Source of the DNA: Leucoraja erinacea
Taxonomy: Eukaryota
Assembly: GCF_028641065.1 (NCBI RefSeq)
Contig: NC_073383.1
Coordinates: 21,700,001-21,764,000, forward strand
Reading direction: 5' to 3'
Length of the DNA: 64,000 nt
Shown here piece after piece: positions 62,588 through 64,000 of this stretch. The first letter of the stretch is position 1. Every line of letters begins with the position of its first letter. The notes below the pieces were generated by a model. That model saw nothing but the letters and a program-made list of their open reading frames with translations. It was not told the origin of the DNA and searched no databases. The translations under genes and the position numbers were made by a program.

Positions 62588-64000
62588 ACAGAGAGTAAAT
62601 CAATCCGCTCATCGGTGTGGCCACATCTGGGCCTAGACCAGCTTTAGGAGAAATAAAATATTATATTGCCAGTGGAGCAAAAAAAACCAAAAAACTCGCT
62701 CGATCAAGAACGTTGGAAACCTTCTTCTGGGGGTCAGAAGGACTAACCCTCCAAGTGCATTCTTGACCCCCAAAAAAACAGCTTCTAGAGAAGCAGGGGA
62801 CTATTTTCTAATTAAAGTCTGTCACTCATTTCATAATCAGCAGCGCGTAGTCCATGATCTGTGTCAAGAGCAAATATTTGTTAGTGCAATAAAGCGGCAA
62901 GAAAACACCTTCGAGGTACGTTGGTGTTTCTATGTTGTACATATACTCTGTTTGGATGAGAGCTTTCACAGATCATTGAGTTGCGTCTCGCATAAAATAA
63001 TTAAAATACATGTCGTGAAATGAAGGATTTAAACCTATCCCTTTAAAAAAAAAACTTGGCTACATTAATTAGTTGCCTTTGGTTTATTTGCCCCCATTTC
63101 ATTTCTTCGCCGGAGACTTTCATTTGTTTTAAATACCACCATATTTGAAGTAAATGGCTCTTCCTCTGCCTTGGAGTCTACACTCAGAAGTCACCATAAA
63201 TGTTTTTATGTCCATCAATAAATTTTTTATGAGGTGTATTTGATTATACATTAATGCGTCCTTAATAAAACAGGCCTACTTTGGCACTATAAAGTATGTT
63301 TAATCAACAGTGGACGCCCAAATATTCCCACAAAGGGACAATATTCCTTCCTGTAAATATGCTTCTGGTCCATCGCCTGTTAATCGCAGTTCAGTGCACC
63401 ATCGGGCAGAGCAGAGGGGAATATATGTTTCAACATAAACGCTCATCACCAGCTCCAGAACCATGTTCCCCGCTCCCGCTGAGTGATACGATGGAGAAGT
63501 CGGAATGAGGCGTTGAGCAGAGGTCGGTAAGATTGAAATCAGTGTTTTAAAACATGACCGACGTTGAACTGGTGTACAGGGAGTGCGTGTTTCTACAGAA
63601 ATGCCACTCGATGACCGTCCTCCATGACAAAATTAAAATGGACGAAACTTCGTTGATGATTAAAAAAAAATGAGTATCTTTCGAATTACGTTTCAGAAGT
63701 TCTATTTCCAGTTTAGTTATTGGACTTTGTTTTTTTATATAGCCAAATGGTTCAGCAAATTTGGCATTCACCATGACTCGTTTACAGCCAATAACACGGC
63801 CAATCTCAGGAGGTTTCANNNNNNNNNNNNNNNNNNNNNNNNNNNNNNNNNNNNNNNNNNNNNNNNNNNNNNNNNNNNNNNNNNNNNNNNNNNNNNNNNN
63901 NNNNNNNNNNNNNNNNNNNNNNNNNNNNNNNNNNNNNNNNNNNNNNNNNNNNNNNNNNNNNNNNNNNNNNNACGCTATTGCTTAATGTTTGTTCTGTATA

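Overview
Vertebrate HoxD cluster segment, with all genes on the minus strand. From left to right: HoxD1, HoxD2, HoxD3, HoxD4, miR-10b, HoxD5, HoxD8 and HoxD9. Each Hox gene has two coding exons joined by a phase-1 intron between the hexapeptide/W motif and the homeobox; all splice junctions were read by hand and restore the frame. The homeobox exons of HoxD5 and HoxD9 are missing from the supplied ORF track. Intact group-2 and group-5 genes, no group-6/7 genes, miR-10b, the HoxD3-type N-terminal extension and shark/ray-like repeats point to a cartilaginous fish, probably a skate or ray (inference). Regulatory elements seen: three DR5 retinoic-acid response elements, the Hox4 intronic HB1 element, CTCF-like motifs and a near-perfect miR-196 site in the HoxD8 3' UTR. 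The locus type is well known and I see no wholly new system. The best leads are an orphan Hox-type promoter plus splice donor where HoxD7 was lost, a poly(A) signal that could remove the HoxD8 miR-196 site, a HoxD1 alternative donor giving a homeodomain-less product, and a local duplicate of part of the miR-10b arm. Assembly gaps: 2759-2924, 23425-23646, 23728-23923, 29377-29509, 63819-63971.
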